DNA of 27,563 bases from NCBI GenBank assembly GCA_039588275.1, contig JBDHAC010000046.1, positions 1 through 27,563 of the forward strand, given 5' to 3'. The stretch's first letter is position 1. Each line of letters begins with the position of its first letter. A program made the translations under genes and the position numbers. Source of the DNA: Gemmatimonadota bacterium (GTDB lineage Bacteria > Gemmatimonadota > Gemmatimonadetes > Palauibacterales > Palauibacteraceae). A model generated the notes under the pieces. That model saw only the letters and a program-made list of their open reading frames with translations, ran no database searches and was not told where the DNA came from. Of this stretch, positions 1 to 8,865 are shown piece by piece.

Positions 1-228
1 CTCGTTACGGAGGGCGCCGGATACGATCAGCGCTGCGAACGAGGGGCCGAAGACGCCCACCTGGGCCAATAGCCAACGCGCGTCGTAGGCTCCGGCACCC
101 GCTCGAGGGAGCACACCCGACAGTAGCCAAATCGGCCACGAGAGCAGGCACGTCAGGGTCAGGAACAACCAGACCGACCGGCCGGACCGACCGGAGCCAT
201 AGCCGCTACTCTCCGCCACACTCTCCAT
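1..228 (-). CDS. 5' part of a membrane protein running off the window edge, probably a CPBP (CAAX-protease-like) intramembrane metalloprotease
   Basis: Hand translation from ATG at 228: MESVAESSGYGSGRSGRSVWLFLTLTCLLSWPIWLLSGVLPRAGAGAYDARWLLAQVGVFGPSFAALIVSG. The F..LT..LSW..W ... G.FGP..AA pattern is typical of CPBP N-termini. The catalytic motifs would lie outside the window. Not in the ORF track. Confidence 0.55.
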   Translation of the reverse strand, partial: MESVAESSGYGSGRSGRSVWLFLTLTCLLSWPIWLLSGVLPRAGAGAYDARWLLAQVGVFGPSFAALIVSGALRNE

Positions 229-350
229 GCGGGCCACGGTGCCGATCGCGCCCGCGAGCGGCAAGACGATGGCCGCGCCCGCTGGCCCATGGACCCGACG
301 CCATGTAGTGTCCAGTCGGCCACGAGATGTCCCCGTCGGAGGACGGCGCC

Positions 351-1628
351 ATGTCTCGCCTATCCCCGATAACCGTCGTCCTGGCTCAGACGGTCATCCT
401 CGCCTGCATGACCGATGAGTCCAGGGATCGCGCTGCCTCCGCCGTCCGTGACACCCTGCCGAACGGCGGTGTCCGCGTGCGTTACGCGGATCTACCGACC
501 GACGGAGCTCTCGAGACGGTGCCCGACCTGACGTTGGGGGCGGTCGACGGAGAGCCCGCCCTGATCTTCGGCGATGTTCGCGGCATCGATGTGGGTCGCG
601 ACGGAACCATCTACGTGCTGGACTACCAGGCCTCCGAAGTTCGTGCGTTCGGTCGTGAGGGCCGGTTCCTGCGCCGGGTGGCCGCCAGGGGTGAAGGTCC
701 TGGAGAGTTGACCGAAGCCAACGGGATGATCCTGGTGGGCGACAGCGTCCTCTGGATCCAGGACCACGGCAAGTGGGCGATGATCGGCGTGAGCACCGAA
801 GGTGAGGAGGTCGGGCGGTTCCCGATGCCCGTACGCTCGTACGGGTACATGTGGGACGGCACCGTGGATCGAGCCGGCCGCTTCTGGAAGCCGATCGAGC
901 ATCGTGACGAAGAGTGGATGTTTCCGCCCGAAGAGGGACTGACCGAGAGCACCTTCCGTCGCTACCTCAAATGGTACGATCCGACTTCAGATGTCGCGGA
1001 TTCGGTCTATCTGGGTGACGGGACGAGGCGGACGCACATCGCACGGAACCGCCTCGGTGGCCACTCCTACCGCGGCATCCGGTTCGATCCGGAGGCGATC
1101 GCGATCGTGGATCCGGGCGGGGGATTCTGGCAGACGGAAAGGGCCGCCTATCGGATCGCGCGCCTGGACGAGCGCGGCGACACCGTGCTCGTGATCGAGG
1201 TCGATGTCGAGCCGCTTCCCGTCACGCAGAGCGATCGCTCGGACTACGTCGAAGCGGACATGGAGCGCAGTCCCGACCAGCGGCGCGCCGCCGAGGAAGT
1301 AGCCGCCTTGATGCCCGAGACGAAGCCCGTCGTCGCGGGTCTTGTCGTGGACGATGTACGACGGTTATGGGTCGGCAGGATCGTCGGAAAAGACGAGACG
1401 CCGCTTTACGACGTGTTCGATAGACATGGCACGTACGTGGGCTCCGTTCGCCTCGGGTTCAAGCCCTCACCCTACCTCCCCCTCAAGATCCGCGGTGGCC
1501 AAATCTACGCGCTCGTACGGGACGAGCTCGATATCCCGTTCGTCGTTCGGGCCGGCGTACCGGAGCTGGAGCGGCCGACTCCGCTCCTGGGGCTCATTCG
1601 TCCCTACTCGGGCTTGCCCAAGACGTAG
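351..1628 (+). CDS. 6-bladed beta-propeller (NHL-like) lipoprotein
   Basis: GGAGG RBS precedes ATG 351. Hydrophobic N-terminus ends in lipobox-like ILAC. NHL-like segment 'FGDVRGIDVGRDGTIYVLD..EVRAF...G.F.....RGEGPGE' and C-terminal 'YDVFD..G.YVG'. Overlaps the convergent gene by 25 bp. Confidence 0.75.
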   Translation: MSRLSPITVVLAQTVILACMTDESRDRAASAVRDTLPNGGVRVRYADLPTDGALETVPDLTLGAVDGEPALIFGDVRGIDVGRDGTIYVLDYQASEVRAFGREGRFLRRVAARGEGPGELTEANGMILVGDSVLWIQDHGKWAMIGVSTEGEEVGRFPMPVRSYGYMWDGTVDRAGRFWKPIEHRDEEWMFPPEEGLTESTFRRYLKWYDPTSDVADSVYLGDGTRRTHIARNRLGGHSYRGIRFDPEAIAIVDPGGGFWQTERAAYRIARLDERGDTVLVIEVDVEPLPVTQSDRSDYVEADMERSPDQRRAAEEVAALMPETKPVVAGLVVDDVRRLWVGRIVGKDETPLYDVFDRHGTYVGSVRLGFKPSPYLPLKIRGGQIYALVRDELDIPFVVRAGVPELERPTPLLGLIRPYSGLPKT

Positions 1629-2365
1629 ATCGCCCAGGGAGACACCCGTATCTCCGAAACCCACTCATGGGGGTCCGAGGCGTTTCCGAGCGGACGGTGT
1701 GTCTCCAGGAGCTCTAGACCAGCGGCCGCGTACAGCTCACGGTAAGCGGAGTCGTTCCAGAACACGTCCTCGACCGGGCGCCGGTCCGGAACATCGAGCA
1801 TGACGATTCGGACCGTGTCTCCGTTCCTGGCCGACCGGTTCTCGGGGAAGTCTTTGGTGGAAAACGACACCCATTCGTTCACGTAGATCTCGGGTGCGGA
1901 TACGAGGTTCACGATCCGACCATCCTCCTCGAGGAGCCTGGCGAGTCGCGCGAAGAGCTCCACTCTGTCCGCGTGCGTCGGGATGTTGTCGAAGGTGAAC
2001 GCTGACAGCAGGAGATCGAAGCGCCGCTCCTCCACGTCGCTCAGGTCGTCTTCGGGGATCAGCAAATACTCCCCCTCGGGATCGCGCTCCCTCGCGCGAT
2101 GCAGCATCGGCTCGGAGATGTCGACGCCGAGGACCGTGAAGCCGAGGTCCTTGAGAAACCGGGTCGAGCGTCCGGCGCCGCACCCGAAGTCCAGGGCGAC
2201 GTCGCCGCGAACGTGACGTGAGATGAGGTCGGGAAGATCGCGAAAGGCGAGGTGGTAGGTGCCGGGGAACTCCAGATCAGCGTACGCGCTCGCCCGAACA
2301 TCGTCCTCGTAGACATTCGTGAACCTCCGAGCCGATCCACTCCGTCGAGTGCGGTCTGCAGTCAT
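1604..2365 (-). CDS. Class I SAM-dependent methyltransferase
   Basis: Motif I ALDFGCGAG, then GVDIS..ML and FDL. Confidence 0.85.
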   Translation of the reverse strand: MTADRTRRSGSARRFTNVYEDDVRASAYADLEFPGTYHLAFRDLPDLISRHVRGDVALDFGCGAGRSTRFLKDLGFTVLGVDISEPMLHRARERDPEGEYLLIPEDDLSDVEERRFDLLLSAFTFDNIPTHADRVELFARLARLLEEDGRIVNLVSAPEIYVNEWVSFSTKDFPENRSARNGDTVRIVMLDVPDRRPVEDVFWNDSAYRELYAAAGLELLETHRPLGNASDPHEWVSEIRVSPWAIYVLGKPE

Positions 2366-2371
2366 CGTGTA

Positions 2372-3283
2372 TCAGGACGTGGTACCGGGAGCCTCCAGGA
2401 TGGCGGAACAACCGCCCTCGTGCCCCTGTTCGAACAGGACACGCTCGATGGCGACCTCGGCCCGATCCAGGTAGGAGGCGTAGCGTTCCGGATCGACGAA
2501 GGCCCGCTCATCGCCGGCGTCCAACGCGCGGATCTTATCGGCCAGTCCCATGAAGCCCCCGTGATTCGCGAGGAAGATGTCCGGGTCCAACGTCCGCAGA
2601 TGCGCGATGCTGTTACAGAAGTCTCGGGCGATCCCGGGATACGTCTCATCTTCGCCAACCAGGCGGTAGTCGGGAAGCACGCTCAGGCTGCAGACCAGGA
2701 CGAACGTCAGCGGGTCTCCATCGATCTCGACCTCACCGCTCCACGAAGTGCATCCGCGCGTGTGCCCGGAGGTCAGGTGTGCGGTGAGTGTGCGTTCGCC
2801 TACCGATACGATCTCCAGGTGGCCGATGACCCCGTCTGCGTACGCGCGTGCATACGGTGATAATGCTCGTGGACCGCCGCCATCGGCCACGAGGGCCGCA
2901 TCGAGCTCGCTCAGAACCAGGTCCGAGCCCGTCACTTCGAGCATGCTCGCGATTCCGCCGACGTGATCGAAGTGGGCGTGCGTAGCCAGCTGAGTCCGTA
3001 TGTCGTCCGGCTCGAATCCAAGCCTCCGGATGTTCGACAGCACCAATTGCGTGTTCACCCGCATGGGTGCGTCGATGAGGATGTGGCCTTCGTCCGACGT
3101 GAGCAGGTACGACGCCAGACCCGCCGTGCCCACGTAGTAGAGTCCATCGGCGATCCGAAACGGGTCGATGGCCTCGGTCCAAGCTGCGGGACTCTCGATG
3201 CCGGAACCGCCAGGTCTCTCCTGAGCCTCGACGCCAGAAGCCAGACCCAGGAGGCACACTACCGTAATTGCCCGATTCAGCAT
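2372..3283 (-). CDS. Subclass B3 metallo-beta-lactamase, exported
   Basis: Start reassigned to ATG 3283 (signal peptide MLNRAITVVCLLGLASGVEA-Q). Motifs PFRIADGLYYVGT, HAHFDH, SGHTRGCTSW and DIFLANH match the L1/FEZ-1/BJP-1-type B3 pattern. Confidence 0.85.
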   Translation of the reverse strand: MLNRAITVVCLLGLASGVEAQERPGGSGIESPAAWTEAIDPFRIADGLYYVGTAGLASYLLTSDEGHILIDAPMRVNTQLVLSNIRRLGFEPDDIRTQLATHAHFDHVGGIASMLEVTGSDLVLSELDAALVADGGGPRALSPYARAYADGVIGHLEIVSVGERTLTAHLTSGHTRGCTSWSGEVEIDGDPLTFVLVCSLSVLPDYRLVGEDETYPGIARDFCNSIAHLRTLDPDIFLANHGGFMGLADKIRALDAGDERAFVDPERYASYLDRAEVAIERVLFEQGHEGGCSAILEAPGTTS

Positions 3284-3294
3284 CCGATCCCACC

Positions 3295-3531
3295 TCAGCG
3301 GAGCCCCCTTTCGGGGCTCTTGGTGCGCCCTTCGAGGATGTCGAAGTAGGTGCTCACCGAGTCGACATCCATCTCCATCGCGATCGTCCACGTCGTCGCG
3401 ACCGCGTCCGTCAGGACTCGGAGGTTCTTGGGCCCCATGGCTTCGAAGTGTGGGATCGCGGCCTCGAGCTTCTTGATCAGCTCGTTACCCCGGCCGGGCT
3501 TCGCGTACATCGTGCTCCGAATTACGTACAT
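3295..3531 (-). CDS. Small dimeric alpha/beta-barrel (NIPSNAP/ABM-like) protein, possibly 3'-truncated
   Basis: GGAGG RBS before ATG 3531. Sequence MYVIRSTMYAKPGRGNEL..RVLTD..TWTIAME.DV.S. Only 78 aa, ending abruptly at SPERGLR. Confidence 0.55.
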   Translation of the reverse strand: MYVIRSTMYAKPGRGNELIKKLEAAIPHFEAMGPKNLRVLTDAVATTWTIAMEMDVDSVSTYFDILEGRTKSPERGLR

Positions 3532-3577
3532 GGTGGTCCTCCATGCCAATTGTCGGGAGCGAGCCGAACTAGACTCA

Positions 3578-4393
3578 TTACCGGACTACGAGATCAACGA
3601 CCACAGGACGATGATCCGAGGCGACGGGCTCGGTCAGTAGTCTCTGCCCCAGCAGCTCGAACCGCTCCCGCGGGCGGAGGAGCACGAAGTCGATTTCCCG
3701 ATCGGGGGCGTACGATGGGAAGGTGAAGTGATCTTCGCCTTTATCGAGAACCGTCCAAGACTCCGCGAGGTGATGCATGACTTCCGAGTCCGGAAGCGAG
3801 TTGAAATCGCCGGCCAGTACGGTCGGGAGGGGCTCTCCGCCAAGAAGCTCCTCCAGTCGTGTCGCCTGCGCGAGCCTCTCTTCGTCCGTCCGGTAGAGAT
3901 GGACTCCGACAAACCGAAGCTCTCGTCCCGTCTTCGGCGACCTGACCCTCGCACTCAGGGCTGTTCGCGGCTCAGCCCCATCCGGCAAACGAAGGTTGCT
4001 GAACCCGGCGATGGGCCACCGGGACAACAACGCCATGCCGTAGGCTCCGCCCTGATACGGCATGAATCTGCCGAACACAGCCTCCAGGCGGGTGAGGCGA
4101 CCTAGCTCGGCAGCTTGATCGACGGCGTCCGTCCGAGATGTAGCGCTGTCTACCTCCTGAAGGGCGACCAGGTCCGGGTCGACGCTACCGATCAGCGTCG
4201 CGATCCTCTCGAGGTCGAGAACCTGATCCATTCCTTCGCCATGATGGATGTTGTACGCGAGGATTCGTAGCGTATCCCCGGGCGAGTCACGTACGGCCTC
4301 GCGTGCCCTCTGATCGCCAGCGCAGGCGGGCATCAGAACAAGTGCGATCGCCACGGCGATACGATCGAGGCGTCGGGGGGGTCGGTCGTGCAT
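3578..4393 (-). CDS. Endonuclease/exonuclease/phosphatase (EEP) family lipoprotein
   Basis: Motifs AYNIH, LVALQEVD, GDFN, IDF and SDH. Lipobox-like LMPAC. Confidence 0.88.
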   Translation of the reverse strand: MHDRPPRRLDRIAVAIALVLMPACAGDQRAREAVRDSPGDTLRILAYNIHHGEGMDQVLDLERIATLIGSVDPDLVALQEVDSATSRTDAVDQAAELGRLTRLEAVFGRFMPYQGGAYGMALLSRWPIAGFSNLRLPDGAEPRTALSARVRSPKTGRELRFVGVHLYRTDEERLAQATRLEELLGGEPLPTVLAGDFNSLPDSEVMHHLAESWTVLDKGEDHFTFPSYAPDREIDFVLLRPRERFELLGQRLLTEPVASDHRPVVVDLVVR

Positions 4394-4429
4394 CGCTCAG
4401 GTCAGTCGGAAGGGGCCGGGGCGAACGCC

Positions 4430-5134
4430 TCAGCTCTCCGTACTATCCGCCACCGGCTCCGACCCGACGAGTACCTCGGCCCGGGCCGCAATGAACTCCA
4501 TCTGCTCCTCTCGCTCACGGGCCCAACGGGGTAGCCCGAGGACGCTGGAGATGATCGCGACCGCTCCCATCGTGCCGAGAAACACCGGAGCGAAGAGACC
4601 CTCGGCCGCTCTCCCGGTGAACAGAATCGCCAGCAGCGTGAGCAACCCCATTCCGATACCGAAGAATCCCATACGAGTCATCGCCTGAGCGTTTCCCTTC
4701 AGCGTACCCAGGCGAAGCCGATGACCCGTCTCGGTCGGCTCGACATACGCGTGCAGGTTGCCGTTCGTCCATTCGCGGAGGCTACCGTGCGATCCCACCT
4801 TCCCCCGAGCTCCGAAGGTCGCCCGCAGCTCCGCGACCAGCAGCTCCCATTCACGGTCGGTCGGCGCCCGGGGCAGGTCGACGGTCCGCCCCACCGCGAT
4901 GGGCATCCCGAAATGGGTCCGACGGGGAAGGGCATCGCCGCTCCGGTCGAGCGCGGACGCCGCCTGGGTGATTCGCTCCGGCGCCAGCCCGACCTCGTGC
5001 CCGATCGCCTGTAGCTCCGCGAGGGTGGGGCCCTCCGTAGGAACAAGAGCACGCCCGTCCACTTCGCTCTCGCGCGCGGCGGCCTCGAAGATCTGCCTGA
5101 CTTCTTCTTCTCGGTATCGGCGCTCGTTCGTCAT
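4430..5134 (-). CDS. Hypothetical membrane protein with two C-terminal transmembrane helices
   Basis: 234-aa ORF. N-terminal 'RRY.EEEV..I...A ... TLAEL..IG.EVG' region, then two hydrophobic segments. Confidence 0.7.
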   Translation of the reverse strand: MTNERRYREEEVRQIFEAAARESEVDGRALVPTEGPTLAELQAIGHEVGLAPERITQAASALDRSGDALPRRTHFGMPIAVGRTVDLPRAPTDREWELLVAELRATFGARGKVGSHGSLREWTNGNLHAYVEPTETGHRLRLGTLKGNAQAMTRMGFFGIGMGLLTLLAILFTGRAAEGLFAPVFLGTMGAVAIISSVLGLPRWAREREEQMEFIAARAEVLVGSEPVADSTES

Positions 5135-5283
5135 GGCTCAGGCTGATCCAGTAGGTCTTCGACCGTCATACGATCGACAGCGGACCAGGGTGTCGCGGCA
5201 CCAGGCCTCGCCCTCCAGAACTGTCACCCCATCCTGACGCACGAGGCTGCGGCTCACCGTCGTTCCGATCTGTATTATCCCCC

Positions 5284-6108
5284 CTAACGTTTCGGCAGCT
5301 CGGCGTTCCGAAGTACCTCGAGGTCACGAAGGATCCCGTCCACGGTGGCCTCCACGACGACACGGCCCTTCTCGACGGTGGCCAGGGTCGCGTCGCCCCA
5401 TACGCCCGAGGCCGAATACGTCCCGGCCCCGTCGACCCGACGAGTCAGTCCGCCTTCCCTGTCCGGGTTATCCTCTCGTACCGCGAGGCTCATATTCACC
5501 CGATCCGGTGCGATATACAGCATCATCGAAGTCTCGATCTCGTCCGCGTGGGTCCCGCGAACCTGCTCTCGAACCTGTGCTTCCGCAGGGCCGGCCACCT
5601 CCAGGATGTTCGTGAAATGAAGGAGGATCCCTTCCTCGAGGAGGATATCGGCCGACGCCCGCAACGGGCGGAGCGTCGATACGCCCGTGTTGAGGACGTA
5701 GAACCGCCGCGGCCCATAGCCGGCCAGGCTGCGGACGATGTCCACGATCACCTCGCGCGCGGTCTCGAAACGGAGATGTGTCGAACCCGGATACTCGAGG
5801 AAAGACGGATAGAAATGGTATGAGATCGTCGGGGCGACCACGACATCGGCCGCCGCCAGGACTCGCCTCTTCAGGTACTCCGCCATCTGGAGGTCATTGT
5901 CGAGCCGAAGGTGTGGCCCGTGCTCCTTCGCGGCCGCGCCCAACGGTAGAACCACGATGCTCTCGGCGGTGAGGATCTGTTCGGCCTCCAGCCACGTGAG
6001 CTCGGCTAGCTCCACGCCGAGATTCGTCGCCGGCTGCGCGCTCCCGATCCCCGGAGCCAGGGCTAGAACGAGGGCACTCGAGCACAGGTACCGCAGGCTG
6101 TGAAGCAT
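5284..6108 (-). CDS. Creatininase/amidohydrolase family protein with signal peptide
   Basis: Motifs LTW.EA, LPLGA..KEHGPHL, YPGS, HADEIETS and SGVWGDATLAT.EKG. N-terminal signal-like segment ending ..GSA-Q. Alternative GTG start at 6111. Confidence 0.8.
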   Translation of the reverse strand: MLHSLRYLCSSALVLALAPGIGSAQPATNLGVELAELTWLEAEQILTAESIVVLPLGAAAKEHGPHLRLDNDLQMAEYLKRRVLAAADVVVAPTISYHFYPSFLEYPGSTHLRFETAREVIVDIVRSLAGYGPRRFYVLNTGVSTLRPLRASADILLEEGILLHFTNILEVAGPAEAQVREQVRGTHADEIETSMMLYIAPDRVNMSLAVREDNPDREGGLTRRVDGAGTYSASGVWGDATLATVEKGRVVVEATVDGILRDLEVLRNAELPKR

Positions 6109-6138
6109 CACGACCTCGAAAGTAGGTGGCAGCCGCCC

Positions 6139-6675
6139 TCAGTTCTCCCGGTTCAGCCACGTCGGGTCGAGCATCCAGATCCACGCGACGGTGTCCGCCT
6201 CGAAGTGTACCAGGTGCAAGACGCCCCTGTGGGTATAGTTCACGGACGAGTTATCGGGCGAGCGGACCTCCGGCTCCCCGTACAAACACTCCACCAGAGC
6301 GCGCGGAGAGCCGATACCCACCCCACCCGCCGTCCGTCCCGCACAGGGTGGCACGAGCTCGATCAATCCGACGTCCCTCGTGTGATCGGGGCGCCACATG
6401 AACGTCACGGCCACCCCGGCGTGCGGGCCCTCGTCCCACATGAGCCCGTGGCTCGTCCCGTACCAGTCGATGAAGCGGGGGCCGTCCGGCTCGCCGAGCT
6501 TGGCACGCACCGCTTCTTCCAGATCGCCCATGAGCAGGCCGTCGGCGCCCACGCCCCACACGATCCGCGGGTTCGCCATGGGCGTGGTGCCACACCGAGG
6601 TGCCGCGACGGAATCGCAGGCCTCCCACACGACGGTGAAGAGCAGGAAGGACACGAGCGACCCCGGCGTCGTCAC
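6139..6675 (-). CDS. Hypothetical exported protein or lipoprotein
   Basis: GTG 6675 overlaps the GH1 stop codon (GTGA). Hydrophobic N-terminus then Cys. Internal repeat 'G..LMGD.EE.V..KLGEP' / 'GVGIGS...V..LYGEP'. Confidence 0.6.
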   Translation of the reverse strand: MTTPGSLVSFLLFTVVWEACDSVAAPRCGTTPMANPRIVWGVGADGLLMGDLEEAVRAKLGEPDGPRFIDWYGTSHGLMWDEGPHAGVAVTFMWRPDHTRDVGLIELVPPCAGRTAGGVGIGSPRALVECLYGEPEVRSPDNSSVNYTHRGVLHLVHFEADTVAWIWMLDPTWLNREN

Positions 6676-8183
6676 CGATCGAACCCGTTGTTTCGGATGT
6701 AAGACTGGTAGTCGTAAGCGCTGGCCTTCCAGATGCGCTCCTGCGTCTCGAAGTCCACGTGCACCAATCCGAATCGCCGGCTGTATCCGAACACCCATTC
6801 GAAATTGTCGAGACACGACCAGAGGTAGTATCGCTCGAGATTCACACTGTCCTGGATCGCCCGGTGTGCCGCGACGAGATGTCGCTTGATGAAGTCGCGT
6901 CGCAGCTCGTCGTTGACCTCGCCGTCCACCAGGCGGTCGTCCTCGGGCCCAAAGCCCGCCCCGTTCTCCGTGATGTAGATGATCGGCTTCCCGTAGTCCC
7001 GATCGATACGCACCAGCAGATCGTAGAGCCCGTCCGGGTACACCTCACCGTTGAACGCCGGCTTCTCGTCCGGGTTCGGGAGCTCGAAGATGCCGAAATG
7101 ACGCGACGTGGGCTCGGCCCTCGCTCGGGTGGGCGAGTAATAGTTGACGCCGAGAAAGTCGACCCGGCTCTCGCGGAGCTGCTCCAGATCACCGTCCCGA
7201 ATCCCGACATCCGCATGAGCGGAGTAGAGCGCCAGGATGTCCTCCGGATACTCCCCCTTGAGCACGGGGTCCAGGAACCAGCGATTGTGCAGCCCGTCTG
7301 ATACGTGCGCCGCGGCCGCATCCTCGTCGCTGTCCGTTGCCGGATACGCCGGCGAGATGCTGAGCGTGATCCCGATATTGCCCCCCATCTCCAGCTCGCG
7401 GTAGATCCGCACCGCGCGCGCATGCGCGAGCATCAAGTGATGGCTGGCGAGCGCCTGACCGGCCTGTAGTTCCGAGGGCTGGGCGAAATAATCGTCAACA
7501 GGTTCGATCTCGGGATCGAGGAAGCTGCGGATGGCTCCGCCGATAATGATCACGTCGATGAAGGGCTCGTTGAACGTGATCCAGGTGTCGACGCGATCCC
7601 CGAAGGCTTCGAACACGATTCTGGCGTACTCGGCGAACCACTCCACGGATTCGCGGTTGTGCCAGCCGCCGCGATCGGCTAGGGCCTGGGGCAGATCCCA
7701 ATGAAACAGAGTGATGGCCGGCTCGATGCCCGCGGCGAGGAGCTCGTCGATCAGACGGCTGTAGTAGTCGAGGCCGGCCTGGTTCACCTCTCCCGTCCCC
7801 TGCGGCAGCACCCGACTCCAGGCGATGGAGAATCGGTAGCTCTGGATCCCCATCTCCCTCATCAACGCCACATCTTCCACGTACCGGTGATACTGATCGA
7901 TCGCGACGTTCGCGGTTTCTCCGCCCGCGAGACCGTAGACGTTGGTGTAGGTGTCCCAGACCGAGGGGCCCTTGCCATCTTCCTGCCAGCCGCCTTCCAC
8001 CTGGTAGGCCGACGAGGCGGTACCCCATACGAAGTCGTCGGGAAAGCGAACAACCTGCTCGGCGGGTTCAGTCTCTGTCATCGTGCACGCTAAGCTCAGA
8101 CTCGCCAGCGCCGCGATCGAGCAGGCTCCTCCCGGCATGCGGACCCTGGCAAGGGGTTCTCTCTTGCCTCGCGGATCGGGCAT
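6672..8183 (-). CDS. Glycoside hydrolase family 1 (beta-glucosidase), lipoprotein
   Basis: FPDDFVWGTASSAYQVEG, YRFSIAWSR, acid/base TFNEP, nucleophile ITENG and WSCLDNFEW. GAGGAG RBS before ATG 8183. Lipobox SLAC. Confidence 0.93.
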   Translation of the reverse strand: MPDPRGKREPLARVRMPGGACSIAALASLSLACTMTETEPAEQVVRFPDDFVWGTASSAYQVEGGWQEDGKGPSVWDTYTNVYGLAGGETANVAIDQYHRYVEDVALMREMGIQSYRFSIAWSRVLPQGTGEVNQAGLDYYSRLIDELLAAGIEPAITLFHWDLPQALADRGGWHNRESVEWFAEYARIVFEAFGDRVDTWITFNEPFIDVIIIGGAIRSFLDPEIEPVDDYFAQPSELQAGQALASHHLMLAHARAVRIYRELEMGGNIGITLSISPAYPATDSDEDAAAAHVSDGLHNRWFLDPVLKGEYPEDILALYSAHADVGIRDGDLEQLRESRVDFLGVNYYSPTRARAEPTSRHFGIFELPNPDEKPAFNGEVYPDGLYDLLVRIDRDYGKPIIYITENGAGFGPEDDRLVDGEVNDELRRDFIKRHLVAAHRAIQDSVNLERYYLWSCLDNFEWVFGYSRRFGLVHVDFETQERIWKASAYDYQSYIRNNGFDR

Positions 8184-8203
8184 GATCGCTCCTCTCGGGC
8201 TAG

Positions 8204-8231
8204 AAGCTGTCTGGGCCCACCCACCTGTCAA
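8204..8231 (-). promoter_or_regulatory. Possible sigma70-type promoter for the GH1 gene
   Basis: Minus strand TTGACA-16 nt-CAGCTT just upstream of the RBS. The -35 is perfect and the -10 is weak. Confidence 0.35.
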
Positions 8232-8248
8232 GGAACCCTCTCGTACTG

Positions 8249-8833
8249 TCACTCAGGCACGATGGCCCCCGCGGCAGGCCAGTGTGTGTCTCTCACGCGA
8301 GTCAAAGTCACCTCGAAGAACCGGATCGGCTCGTTGCCGGGCACAATCCGCTCACCTACCTCCTTCCACGTGCCATCTTTGACGACCGCCGTGTACCGTA
8401 TCGTCATGGGTCCGGCGGGTATCTCCCACTGAAATCCGTCGGCGGTAGGGGTAAGGGCGAAATCCCCGACGCGGCCCTGCGCGTACGAGCGCATGTTGTA
8501 CGTGTCCGCGTCCGCATCATAGGAGATGATGGCCAACGCGTTGAAGCTGACACGACCGTCATCCCCGTAACCCCGACCTTCGACGACTTTGACCGATCCG
8601 TCCAGGAAAGGCCCGATCCGCTCCGTCTGTGTGATGTCGTGCCTCTCGCCAGAGGGAAGGATGGTCCACGCCGGGCCCTTCCACTCGCCATCCATGAAAG
8701 CCAGCCGATCCATCGCCTCACGCTGGGCAGCCACCAGCACGGCTGGATCCGGGGGGGCCTGCGCCGAAGCGATCGATGGCGCTCCAGCTGCGGTCAATGA
8801 CAACCCAAGTAGGGCGATTCGGTGCCTGCGCAT
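8249..8833 (-). CDS. Exported beta-barrel protein (DUF1579-like)
   Basis: AGGAG RBS and ATG 8833. Signal peptide MRRHRIALLGLSLTAAGAPSIASA. Motif 'AQREAM..LAFMDGEWKG ... QTERIGPFLDG'. The ORF track's extension to 9319 overlaps the next gene and is rejected. Confidence 0.75.
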   Translation of the reverse strand: MRRHRIALLGLSLTAAGAPSIASAQAPPDPAVLVAAQREAMDRLAFMDGEWKGPAWTILPSGERHDITQTERIGPFLDGSVKVVEGRGYGDDGRVSFNALAIISYDADADTYNMRSYAQGRVGDFALTPTADGFQWEIPAGPMTIRYTAVVKDGTWKEVGERIVPGNEPIRFFEVTLTRVRDTHWPAAGAIVPE

Positions 8834-8865
8834 TCCGTTCTCCTGTAATGATCGCTCGGGCCTTC

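Noticed and set aside
3284..3297. Possible UGA read-through of the small gene ending at 3295
   Set aside because: There is no Cys-motif context and a second TGA follows five codons later.
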